64,000 bases of DNA from Marsupella aquatica (taxonomy: Eukaryota; Plantae; Marchantiophyta): positions 2,728,001-2,792,000 of the forward strand of contig OZ316896.1 of assembly GCA_973895155.1 (NCBI GenBank). The letters are read 5' to 3'. The position numbers and the translations under genes are program-made. Shown here piece by piece: positions 25,873-38,000 of the stretch (position 1 is the first letter of the stretch; each line of letters starts with the position of its first letter). The notes under the pieces are model-generated. The model was not told where the DNA came from and did no database searches. It saw only the letters and a program-made list of their open reading frames with translations.

Positions 25873-28214
25873 TCAGAGGGCTGTATTTGCAGCCGACCTA
25901 TGTCGATCACGGATGCGAGCTGTAAGTGGTTTTCTCATGCTCCCGAGAGCTTCATTCCCGGGTGAAAAATCGACTTCGCCAGGTTCGCTATGGCTCCACT
26001 CGAAAGATTGCACTAACAACCCGACAGTCATTTGAATTGTTAGGAGCGCCAGATTCATGCCTGGACAGATTCGCCTTCCCGTTCCGAAAGGGATAAAAGC
26101 CATCTTCTTCGTTCCAGTCATGTCTACGGTTGCCATCTCCTTCAGGAACCGCTCTGGCCTGTAGTTCTGGGGATCGCCCCAGATTTTAGCATCCTCGCTG
26201 ACTGATTTGATCCTGAACAGAAGCAGAGCGTTCATGGGAATGTTGAACCCACCGAGCTTTACTCCGTGACCGCTGACAGCATGATAGATTGCGAAAGGAA
26301 ATGGCCCGTCCATCCGCTGAGTCTCCTTCACTACGGCTTGCAGGTATGGCAAGCTCTGAATATGGGATTCCTCAATCGTTTTCTCACCCAGCACCGTTGT
26401 CATCTCATCCACCAGTTTCTGTTGTACCTCCGGGTTCGCCACAATCCGTGCAAGAATCCACTCCGTTGTGTGGGCGGTGGTATCTGTCCCTGCGTTCAGC
26501 ACTTCCGAGCACAGAGCGAATATGTTTTCGTCGGGGAATTGCTCTTTACCCTCCTTCTGTTGAATTTGGAGCAGAGTTTCCACATATCTGCCACAGATGA
26601 ACGAATCAATAAGATTCAATTTCGTGGGGACTTAAAAACAATGGGACTGACCTTTCCACATATCTGCCAAAGATGAACGTTACGGAGAATGAATGAATGA
26701 AAGAATCAGTAAACGAATCAGTAAGACTCAATTTCGTGGGGACTTTAAAACAATTGGACTGACACTGAAGATTCCACTGGTCAAGCTACTGGGCTGAGTC
26801 ACTTATCACAGAAGATTGGGCAGCGAATTCAAGAGACTAAAACTTAGAAACTAGATGTTGCTCCCTGCTGTCCGCAAGGAAAACAGTAATCTAATCGCCT
26901 GACTTCTCAAGCTGATTGAAAGATGATATGTTGTATCTTCATAGCAGGAACTCCTCATTCAGTTCATTATGCTGAAACAATACCGATAAGTACCCGATTC
27001 TTTAATAAAGAGAGGAGTTAATTTGAGGAAGTGTCTTGTCATCATGATATGAATGAACTTGAGTTCCCACAGTAAAATTCCAAGGTTTCGAAGGACTGCG
27101 TATGTTTGTTTGCTCCAATCTAAATCTCTCACCATTTGTATCGTTGGTCCGTGTCTGGTCTGGATGGGCCTAGCTAAAGAAATCCATTCTTTGAAACTAG
27201 GCCTAAAGGAAAGCTAACAAAAAAGTGCAAGAGTAAGAAATTGTTCACAGAGAAAACGAAAGTGCAACAAGAGAATTGGCATTACAAACAATCCCTACTA
27301 ATGTTCCTTTTAACGTCGAACGGGGTGAGGAAGTCCAAACCCCGGAGTTGAGAGGTGAGGTTTATTATAAGAAGAAATCTTAAGATTCTTGGGAGGAAGG
27401 GAATGGTGGAGGGCGAGGAGGTAGGTGCTGGGGACAACCTGCCAGAGACGGGCTCCCCGTTTGCCATTGCCTCTCTAATTCTCACGAGGCCGACATTCAT
27501 GAGTTCATTCGTGCGCTTGATGACCGCTTTGATATGCCGGACCTTTTGCTGCTCAAACGGGCGCAAGATAGGGATGTAATCAGATAGGCCACCTCTAAAT
27601 CTGTTGAATCGCTCCGCCATGAGGACATCAATCTCTCGAACGACGCTCTCTTCCATTCGCTCCCCGAAGCAGATTGTGTTCAGGATGTTGAACAAGGTTC
27701 TGCGGACCAGCGTCATCGCATGGACGACGCCATCGTTGTTTCTGGCCTCCTCCTTAAACCTTTCGAGCAGGTTCTGAAACTCTGCGTCGCGCACAGGCTT
27801 GTAAGATCTCACCCTCGTCGAGTTGAGAACCTCAAATATGAGATTTCGTCGCAGTTTCCTCCAGACGGGACCGTCCGAGCTGTTGACAGTTCTGAAGTTG
27901 CAGCTCAAGTGCTTGGAAGACGGGAGATGGCATCTATCCGAGAAAGAGTCGGCTTGGTTTACGAGAGCGTCGTGGATCAGCTCTCCCCCCGAGACAATAA
28001 TGCAGGGCCTGGAACCCATCCAAAAGGTGTATATCGGCCCATACTTCTCCGCCAGTTTGGCAAATCCTGCCTTGCGGAGAACCAACAAGTTGCCAATGAT
28101 TGGTAATGGCCGCGGACCTGGTGGTAAATTTTCATACCACAACCACGATGCATTCCAGAGAAGGAATGATGCAGCCAAAACCGTCAGGGCAGTGAGCAAT
28201 ATTAACACAACCAT
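25873..28214 (-). CDS. Cytochrome P450, CYP71 clan (CYP77/CYP89-like), 2 exons, ~496 aa
   Basis: Exons 28214-27439 and 26587-25873 (phase-2 GT-AG intron). N-terminal TM and PPGPRPLPIIGNL hinge, I-helix AGTDTT, ETQR (ExxR), PERF, heme motif PFGTGRRICPG. Confidence 0.93.
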
Positions 28215-29539
28215 GATGTGCTGGAAGGGACGCGAGACAAGAGCTTGAGGCGAGAGAGGTCAATCAGCAGCTCTCCAAGGTTGCAACAATGTTTCTAGCA
28301 GCTTCTATTGCTCTACTACTTCAGCTTTTATAGGATGGGATGCTCACAGCACGCACTACTACTCCAATCGGTATGGAGCTTCAGCTTGTACTACTACTCC
28401 AATCGGCTTGGAGCTTCAGCTTTATATTCGTGTAGGACTTCGCACGAAGTAATTTCGGGTACACGGAGAAAATTCAAGCCAATTCATTCAAGTCCTTGTC
28501 ACGGAGTTCGGCTGCGTAACCGCCTTCGAGGGTCGATCGGTGGGGTCGATCCTTCATCCCTGATCCTGGCTGGCGGGATCGTACTCGAAGAGAAAATCAC
28601 AGAATCCACCTGAACCTAACAGCTTCGCAGTTGTGAGCAGAGAACGTACAGAACCTTTGCGTGGTGGTCGGCTAGCTCCCAGCTCCGCCGTACTGCTGTG
28701 TCGGATGTAGACGGTGTTCTGAAGATCGATCAGTGAATGAATGGAGATTCCTGCAGCTTCCACCATCCTGATGAGCATCGTATTCGGCAAGGACCGCATT
28801 TGTTGTCTAAAAGTTTTGCAGAATTGCACGACAAGACCAACCTGTGATGGCAAAAGGGCCGTGTGCGAGAAGAGTGTCTAAGCAGGGCACGTTCTTTTCT
28901 TCGTTAACCACAGCACCAGGTGGTCCACCATCACTGTACAGCATTCTGGCGGCCCCTGGATCATACAGTTCTGGGTATAGTTATGGTCGCATGCAAAGAT
29001 CAAGGACCCCTGGCGTTGAAAGAGAGAGCGAGAGAGATCCGATTGCGCCCTTACGGCATTCTTTCATTTCGTTCCTTTGGTGCTTAATCGATTATCCCAC
29101 TGCTGCCCACCCATCAACGTGACACGAAATATTTGCTCACATCATTACTCCGATCATGCACTGATTCGCAGCACTGTGCTATAACTGGGAAGGGGGAGTC
29201 GGCAGTCGGAAGCAATCAAGAGCACCTGGGCGACCGTGGTGTCTCCCTCACAACAGTAACCGAGCTTCCAATCCTGCAGCGTGTTTGATCAAATATACTA
29301 AACATAGGCAGTCATGTTTTCATTGGTTTGGATGAAAACAGCTCAAATGGCCCCCAATATTCGTCAAGTTATGTTACCTTGACTCTAGAGCAGCAAACCA
29401 AATAAGATTCACGTAGCGTCAAATCAATTCAAGGGAAGAACATCCGTTCGGTCAGTTAAGATTCCCGTAGCCTCAAATCAACTCAGGACCGAGCGGAATG
29501 TCCTCAAATTCTTGCCTCGTTTTTCTCTCTTATGAGTTC

Positions 29540-29704
29540 TCTAGTAGCGAAGTATACATGGCAATCAGCATCGATAGTGCCCTCAATTTCTTTTCTGTCA
29601 TCGCTGATATTGGTAGCGATCTCGCTTGGGTTCACTGTGTTGCACAGAAATGGGAAGATGCATGCCCAAAGCGTGACAAGTTCCTTCCCAAAACCCAATT
29701 CTAA
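29540..29704 (+). pseudogene. Fragment of an A1 (nepenthesin-like) aspartic protease N-terminus
   Basis: SSEVYMAISIDSALNFFSVIADIGSDLAWVHC resembles SGEYxMxISIGTP..F.VIADTGSDL.WVQC, with catalytic DTG read as DIG. No downstream continuation recognised. Confidence 0.6.
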
Positions 29705-31177
29705 CTTTCTGCTGCCTACAACAGAAAACCGCGTTACAAGCGTGCTTTGTAGCATCAAAAACACCGAAGCCCAGGGAACATCACGACTATGACCTGCTGG
29801 GCTTTAAAACATTTTGCACTTGTTTGTGATCCTAAAACATTGCCGGCAATCACAATTCTGGTTTGCGGTAACACAGATTCATATTATACTCATGCGGTCG
29901 TGTGTATTATAACACGGTATTTATGACTGGTTCTTTGAGCCGAGTGAGTGACCTATTATCGAACGATTGCTTTGCTTGATTCTGATTCTGCATTCCCGGT
30001 TTGGCCGACTACATCAACCTATTGTAAGCCACCTACACCCCGTACTGCATTTGACATTTGTCAACGGCTCCCTCAGGCCTGCATTTCCGTTTGCCAATTG
30101 CGTCCCCTTTCTCCATTACAGTTTTGCAAGCAATGTAGTTTCCGTCTATCAGGCAAACACTTTGTTCACCAAAGACAGGCTCTGCGGAGCAATGCACAAT
30201 CGACTAAGGGCCTACCCCTTCTCTGACCAAGGATTATCTCCCCACTACTCTCTCAGAGCCCTATTAAAAAACACGCCAAACCCAGCAACCATGACACTCT
30301 TCCCCAGCCCCTCTCCATGCATTTCGAGCAGTATGAGCTACCTCAGAAGCCTTCAATATCGTTCAGATTTCCATTTGATCTCTAAGAGTCATTGTCATCG
30401 TCTTTCAAGTTCATGAGCTCGACTTCCCAGTAGAAAACAATGCTCACGCCACAAACGACTTTGCCCAGAATGAATCGCACGAAAATTGCCGCCAGAAGTC
30501 TGAAATCAGTTGAGAGCTCACGCGAAGACGGGCTCAATGCATTCTCCATCCAAGATACTGCAGTTGAAACTCATGAACTTCAGGCTATGTTAAGAATGGT
30601 AGTGAAATTTTCGCCAGAATTCTGGAATCGGTCTAGAGCTGAGCTGAACAAATTCAAATTCATTGTCCAACGAAGAGTGCAGCAGAACGACACAACTCCA
30701 CGCTCTGTTAGGTACAACGTACCGTGCAATCCATCATGCTTCGCACTTAAGTGCAGCAATAACAAAACCCGAACAATCGTCAAAACTACTCGTAAACGTC
30801 ATTCCTATTCAGTGCACATATCACACTGAATTTCAGTGTAATCACTCTGGCCAGGCCTGGCTTACGCCACATCCGAGAAGATACTTCTCCTTGCGATTTG
30901 CAACCCAACTAACCCTCTGGGCACCTGAGGAAAATATGAACTATTCTAAGCACTGTCTTTCTCGCGCCAGCTAAGAATTCAATAGACACCTTCTCAACCA
31001 GTGCTTCAGGTTGGCCTTGCTAGTTCTAGGCAAGACTTGTGCACACAAAAAAGCAGGGGCCTACTCATAGCCGGACAAGGTCTCACGGGAATCTTGTGAT
31101 GCGAACCTAGATGAAGCTATGCGAATGTCACCACAAGACAAGTCAAAATGATCGTCAATGATGAGTCCCAAGGATTT

Positions 31178-33830
31178 CTACTCATCGGTATCTGCCCCTT
31201 GGGCAACCACATCTTGATCGAGGTCCCCTGCCGCGTTGTGTGACTCTGAGTTGGATTCTTCATGTTGCTCCTCTTCCTGACTTGCCTCTAGCTCCTTCTC
31301 ATCAAGGTCTCTCGGATCGACACTGTCCTGCTCGTCTGCATTTTCATCCAGATCGCCCCTGTCAGAAGGGTCGTCGATTTTATCGTCTGCGGCAGTCTTC
31401 GCCTTCTTGGTTTCACCCTCATTCAGAACATCAGGCTTTGGTTTACTCCTTTCGTCCATCTCCTTCTCTAACGCAGATACGTCTGCGTCTTTGGTGGCTT
31501 CGTCTATTTCTTGCAGTCCCTTCCGATCATCAAGACCGGCCTCATCTGCAGGTTTATGTTCCTCTGCCTGTATATTCTCCAGCGTGGACTCCATGACGTT
31601 GTTGTGATTAGTCTTATTATTAATTTGATTTGCGCTCTCCTTCGCCTTTTCGAAGGAGTATTCCTGCAGTTCCTCTCGAATACGGACGATTTCCTCTTCT
31701 CTTTGTTTCACAATTTTCTTGAGCTGTCTGAAATTCTCAGCTGTCGCGTCGTACTCCGCCCTCACATTCTGCAGCTCTGAGTCTTTTGCCTGAAGGGAAT
31801 CTTGTGCCTTCTGAGATGCACGTTCAAGGGTAAGTAGCTTTGCCTGCGCATTATCCAGCTCCTTTACTCTTTCCTCCGCCGACGTGACTTGTTCCTGCAA
31901 TGCGTGGTGCAAATGCGTTAAAATCTGAACCTTATCAGTAGTTAAAATCTGGAAATCCTCTGATGACTGCCACTGTCCAGTCCGTCGAGGATGTCATCTA
32001 TTCACCTGAACGACAACCCATTTTCAGTCTTAGCAAATCTTCTTCCTGCCCCTCCAGCGATCGACAATCGTTACTTCCACGGTGTGGGAATTACGTGCTT
32101 TTTCTGTGGCCTCTACCATGGGTCTTCGGCGAGGACTCATATTTAAGCGACTCACCTTTCGAGCACCGCGAAAACAAGAAATCAACATAGGGTCCTCGAC
32201 AACAGGGTCGAGTCATTAGTGGAGGAATGCAAGTTACTTAACAGAGAACCTTAGAAGGGAACACCAGAGTTTTGCTCATACAATGTCTCCTATCGTCTTG
32301 CACACAAATGCGTTGCACGGCTGACAAGAAGGTACAACGTGAGACAGCTCGCGACACGGTACCGCGTCCTATCTTAGTATCTGGCCAGGAAACGGGTAAC
32401 ATGCCTTCACAAGCCAGCCTGGGCCCCATTCTCAGTAGATAAAGGCATTGTACATTGTTGCAAAGTAATCAAGTAACCCCGAATTACAGGAAGACCAGAG
32501 CGTGGCCCTCAAACACAAAGCAGGGCCCTAAGTAGTTGAGAAGCTGTGGGGATTAGATAGTCTCCGCACTTGGTCCCTCAAAATGTATTGGTTGTGTGGT
32601 GGATGGTAGAATATGTAGATAATATTGAAACCCGAGACTACAACGATTGCTTGACGTCCAGATGTTGCAGCGATGCCCATTGAGTAAGAAACTACTGACT
32701 CAAACAAAACCCTGAGCCACCACCAGAGGTTTAATTATGACAGGTCAAAGTGGTAGACCAGATTGTGGCAATGCTCTATAAAGCCGATTCTGTACGTCGC
32801 CTCCATATTAGCAATGGAGCTTCCCGATGGCTGAAGTCTAAAACAATCGGTACCGGACCCTACGGCGTCAAGTACTAGTGAAACAAAACCTTCGACTAGA
32901 ACAAGCGTACAGCTGCAGCTTCAGATTAGCCGATTCTCTACCTCGTCTCCATATCAGCAATGGAGCTTCCCGTTGAGAAAGAAGCAGCGATCTCCACACA
33001 CGCATAAACATTACGAGAAAAACGAACAGTCTCCTCGAGGACGTAAGAAATGGCAAGACTGACACAGTCCAACCCAAGCAACATCAAGACTTCTGACCAT
33101 AACCCACCGGACATTTAGACTGGAGGGTTCGGAATCGCGCTGCGGGAGGTACTGTGTTCAGAATTCGAGGAGGGGTTCGTGTTTGGAAGTTGATTGTTCA
33201 GTTTGCAAGCTTGACAAGGAGACAGAATGGATCGACCAAGAATCATGTCACGTTGAAACGGGTTATTCCGCATTTCAGTAGGGAAGGACGAGAAGTAGGT
33301 TATCTAGAAAATCTCGAATTGGAATTTGGGGTATGTTCATGCTTCACCTGACAAAGTGGAGAGCCGCATCGTCCTGGAACTACTGTACTCTTCCATATTT
33401 ATAAGCCCCGGAAACAGAACGGGCCATCCATGAATTCTACTTCTAAAAAAGTTGAAGACCTCATTGAAAAGATCCCGCCCGCGCATTCCAAATCCAGTAC
33501 TTTCCTTTCTGATGAATTTCCGATGATGAGGACGACGGACCATGACGGACCAAGCTCCAATGACACCTCAAAGGTACCAGCTTTAATCGAAAAGGTCAAG
33601 GGAAAGGACGGACCTTGAGATCTAGACGGGCATTCTGGAGCTCGAATTCCTTCTTGCTGATGTTGGCACTTGCTGTCCTTCGCTCTTTCAAGATCTGCAA
33701 GCCAGCAAGGCCCACGACGGCAACCGCAAGAACCAAGACGACAAGAAATGGGGGAATTCTGCCTCTGGTGGGCAGAATCCCCCCTGAAGTAAACTTCCGC
33801 GCCGTTGTTGACCGACCTTTCCCACCAATC
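31178..33830 (-). CDS. Single-pass membrane protein with coiled-coil and acidic C-terminal tail, function unknown; start codon unresolved
   Basis: Exon ~33830-33614 encodes a TM segment (FLVVLVLAVAVVGLAGLQIL) then KERR...LDLK. It joins in phase 0 via a GT-AG intron to exon 31894-31178 (EQVTSAEERVKEL... coiled coil, D/E-rich end). Confidence 0.68.
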
Positions 33831-35169
33831 TGCTCTCCCTCCCTCCCCCTCCTCCCGCACAGCAGAGTTCGTCTAACCCCCCAAAAAACCCTGAGACCTT
33901 CGATTCTCAAGTTGAATCGATTGATCACCAAACGATAGGTAGCAGTCTTCTTAGCTCAGACATCATCCGCACCCCTAGTCTGAAGTCCCTGCTCCTCCGC
34001 ATAAGGTGCCATGGGCCAACCGTATCACCGACACCAACGTAGACTCTGCAACCAATGCTAAAACGTCAGTCATTCTTCATCCACCAGGCTTTCGACCGAA
34101 TATCACCAGAGCTCGGCTCGGCAAGGCCTGCTACAACTTACTCTTGCCGGCCGAGTCGACCGACATCACCAATTCAGATTACAACTTTCTTGACAAACCC
34201 TCGCTGGATGCCTACTCTACTGCACGGGATCCAATCACCGTCCGTCTATTCCGACATGATTTCCCTCAACCCCTAGCAACCTCATCTCGCACGAATTCAC
34301 TGACACTACAAAGTTTCGCATGCTCTCCATAACAATCCAACCCTCGAATGTCCCACCAAGCAGCGACCTGAAGGGACAGAAAAGCTCATCCGTGCCGCTC
34401 CAATGCCACCTACCTCCCTCTTCCTTTCCCAACAGAACCAAAGACGGGGTACACTAGTAATCACACGACCTGTCTGCATGCAGCAGCAGATCATACAACC
34501 CGATGCCAGATCATCCACGGCAAACATCAGAAGAATAAAAGAATCATAAGCTTACACGGCGAATTCCTCCGTTCGTGATCACGATATCACAATCCCGTCC
34601 CCATCCCGCTCTCCGGTACTGTCAATTCAAAAATGGCAGGGGAAGAAGTTCGAGGAGAAGACGAGAGCGAGAGAGAAAACAGAGAGAGAACGCAAAAACC
34701 GGACCACATCGAGAGATTTCATTCGCACCTCGTCGTCTAGACTCTAGAAGGAGCTCATCATCATCACCATCATCCGCGGAACGGCATCCGCAGCACAGCC
34801 AGAGGAAATGATTATCCCGCGCAGAGCAGAGAAGCACATTCGCCCACCTCCAATTACTGCTGCCCCCGGTCCTCGCCTCAATTGATGGGGAATCCTCCAG
34901 TGTCCAGACACTCAGCAGCAGGGCAGGCCAGTCAACCGCCAGGCCCAGTAAGTACGCTGACGCAATGCTCTGTTTCAGGAATCGATTTGTTGCCACTCGA
35001 TCGGTTCATACCATCGCCTTGCCTGCTTTCCCTCCGCTCTCGCCTTCTCTCTCGTTCGCTGTTTGCTCTGTGGGTTGTTTGCTTGGTGCACCTTCCCTCT
35101 CGTCGCGTGTTTCGCTCCAGTGCAGTGCTTCCCGTTCCATTTTCTCGTTCGCACAGCAGCTCGGTTCTT

Positions 35170-35395
35170 ACAAAGGATTTACTAAACATTTTACAACATG
35201 GTGGATGTTGGGGGCACCTGTAAAGTATTTTATTTTTCTTTTGTTGCCTGGAAAGCCGAAAGATTTACTAAACACTTTTACAACATGTTGGGATGTTGGG
35301 GGCACCTGTAAAGTTTTTTCTTTTCTTTTGTTGCCTTTAAAGCCGAAAGGGGGGCACTGTAAAGTTTGTTTTGGTTTGTTGCCTTGAAAGCTGAA
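35170..35395. repeat. ~95-bp tandem duplication (about 2.5 copies)
   Basis: 'gatttactaaaca.ttt.acaacatg.tgg.atgttgggggcacctgtaaag' repeated. Confidence 0.75.
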
Positions 35396-35409
35396 AGCAT
35401 ACCCATGTC

Positions 35410-35735
35410 CTGAGCATATGATTTTATGTAGGGTAGCCACAAGGGGACATACCTTCTGCTCTGGAGCATACATTTCTATGTAGGGTAGTCACAAGGGGAC
35501 ACTACCTTCTGCTCCAGAGTATACATTTCTATATAGGGTAGCCACAAGGGGACAGTACCTTCTGCTCCGGAGCATACATTTCTATATAGGGTAGCCACAA
35601 GGGGACAGTACCTTGTGCTCCAGAGCATATTATTCTATGCAGGGTAACCACAAGGGGTAGACCCATCCAACAGAGGATATACTTTTTGCTCCCGAGCATA
35701 GGATTCTATGTAGGGTAGCCACAAGGGGACAATAC
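35410..35735. repeat. ~53-bp tandem array, 6 copies
   Basis: agggtagccacaagggg-like anchor at 35430, 35482, 35535, 35588, 35641, 35712. Confidence 0.9.
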
Positions 35736-37649
35736 CCAGGGATCCGATAGGGACCCAGACCAGGAGGGAGAGAAGGTTGAACCAAGGCCCCAAAGTGAAC
35801 GTGTCAGTTGTTGAGGAGAAACCAGGACTCCCACCACTACACCCCACCCACACATACACACACATACACTCCACACCCTATACATGGTAACTCTCAATAA
35901 AGACAAAATTGAAAGTAAGGGTGAACAAAAACAAGAGGGATAGGGGCAAAGATGAATAGAACATAGCATGTGATTCCTTTTTTTGAAGTATTTTATTTCT
36001 GTCTTGTTTCTGTTTATGTAGTAATCAGGCTAGTTCTTGAAACATACAAAAGGAAAACTCACAAAGGGCACTATTGAGGGTGGCTTTACAAGATGTTGGT
36101 GGCAGTTTCCACTTTTGTTGGTCTCCTATATCTGATTGGGGCCATCCATTGGGAAGAAACTGTTGTTGTTCACTTTACAAAATGTTGGGGGCAATTTTAA
36201 CCTAACGCAGTACCTATCTTACCTGGAATGGAGTGGGGCACAATTTTTGCTTATGTGAAGCTCATTTTTGTCCCAAATTTAGGCCACCTCTCTTGGAGGG
36301 CTCTTCTTCTAGCCCCTTGGCCTGTTCCTATTTTAAGTCACTACAGTAGCTTAATTACCCATTCTTTGAATGTAATTGGAGATGAAGACAATAAAAATCT
36401 TGCAAAACAAAGATGTTGTTCTTCATGGTTGCCTCCATCCTTAGGTTTTTTCACCCTCACTTCTGGCCTCCCTTCTATTTTGTCTTTATTGAGAGCCACT
36501 CTTAGTTTTGTCCTTATTAGAGTCAATGTCAGTTTAGTTAATCTTTGCTCCCATCCGTTTTTGTTTTTGGTCCACCTTCACTTTCCAGTTTTGTCATATT
36601 GAGAGCTAGCTACTGTCTAGAGTCTTTATTAACGAGTTTTGCATTGAAAGGGGATCCACAAGTTCTTTATAAGATTTTCTCTTGTCACAGTTAGAAGACT
36701 GTAGCCAAAAACGCCCTGAATTCAGGTGGAGTGGGTCCCTAATGTGTCTTTTACCAAATTAATCTAGCAACACTGGCTACACGTTGGTTTACAAGACCTT
36801 GGGGTCCATAAAAGGATTCCAAAAATGCTTTGAGCTCCCGGACACTATATTTGGTGTGTGAAATGACCCTCCAGTTTGCTTTGGTGAAAAAACCTCACAA
36901 GTAATTAACTGGCTTTGGTTAGTTGGCCAAAGGATGAGCCTAGAACAGAGAGGTCACTGAGACATCAGCTCAAACATCGGAGAAGTAACGAAGATGTTCA
37001 AAGAGTACAAAGGCCTAGAGTAGATCAATAATCTTCCCAACAATACCAGGAAGTCACAGACAAGCAACAGTAATGGCCCTCCATGCCAGCCATTTGTTAA
37101 ACTTAGGTCACACAGTCCACTACATATACAATGCAATAAATTAATCGAACCAAGCTTGATGAAGACTCGGGTTGTCCTCAGCAAAAACTTACAATTGGTG
37201 TTTACATTCTTACTCAGAGATCCCACGTAGAATGACCTGGAATATGAAATGGGATTTCTGTGCAAGCATGTTTAACAGCAATTGTTATTTTCTGAGCAAG
37301 ATCTCTATCAAGCACAAGCATTACCTATATATAAGTTACGGCCTGGCTGGGGCAATGGATGCAAGGCTTCACTCTACCCCATAACCTTGGAAAGTAGCTT
37401 TGTATTGCGTTTCATTAGTAATATTTTGGGAGCACTATGCCTGGGTCAAGATCTGGATCACCTCCTTAGTAAAATTCTCCTCTACCTTTACTAAAGTTAG
37501 AAGATATAAAAATCTCTCAGGCCTTTAAGTTTAGTAAGGTCCTGTTTACGAGCATTCTGGACAATATCAGCCCCTCCAATTGGATTCAGCTCAAGTTTTC
37601 TGGGAACAGTATCCCATAATGTCCTCTGAACATTACTTTACTGTATATG

Positions 37650-38000
37650 TAATTTGGTCTGCGAAATTTAGCTCTCCCTCTTTGTTCTTTTGGTATCAGA
37701 ATCATAACTTGGTTCGTGAGTTTTAGTTGTCCTTCTTTGTTCTTTCACTATCTTAGTCCTAGTCATTCCTTGGTTTGTGATTTTGGGCTCTCCCTCTTTG
37801 TTATCTCAGTATCAGTCTTAACTTGGTTTGTGATTTTTGGCTCCCCCCTTTGTTCTTCCAGTGTCGCACTGATAACTTGGTTCATGATTTTTGGCTCTCC
37901 ATCTTTGTTCCTTCAGTATTGCACTCATGACTTGGTTTGCAATTTTGTAGTAGTGACTTGGTTTGCAATTTGTATCCCTCCCTCTCTGTTCTTTCCATGG
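37650..38000. repeat. Degenerate ~50-bp tandem array
   Basis: Repeated 'acttggtttgtgatttttggctctccctctttgttctt' variants. Confidence 0.7.

Noticed and set aside
32780-32975. Extra exon (RESANLKLQLYAC) for the coiled-coil gene
   Set aside because: No phase-0 acceptor; it overlaps a local ~50-bp duplication, and the flanking exons join cleanly without it.
25873-33830. Biosynthetic gene cluster around the P450
   Set aside because: No scaffold-forming enzyme; neighbouring genes are functionally unrelated.
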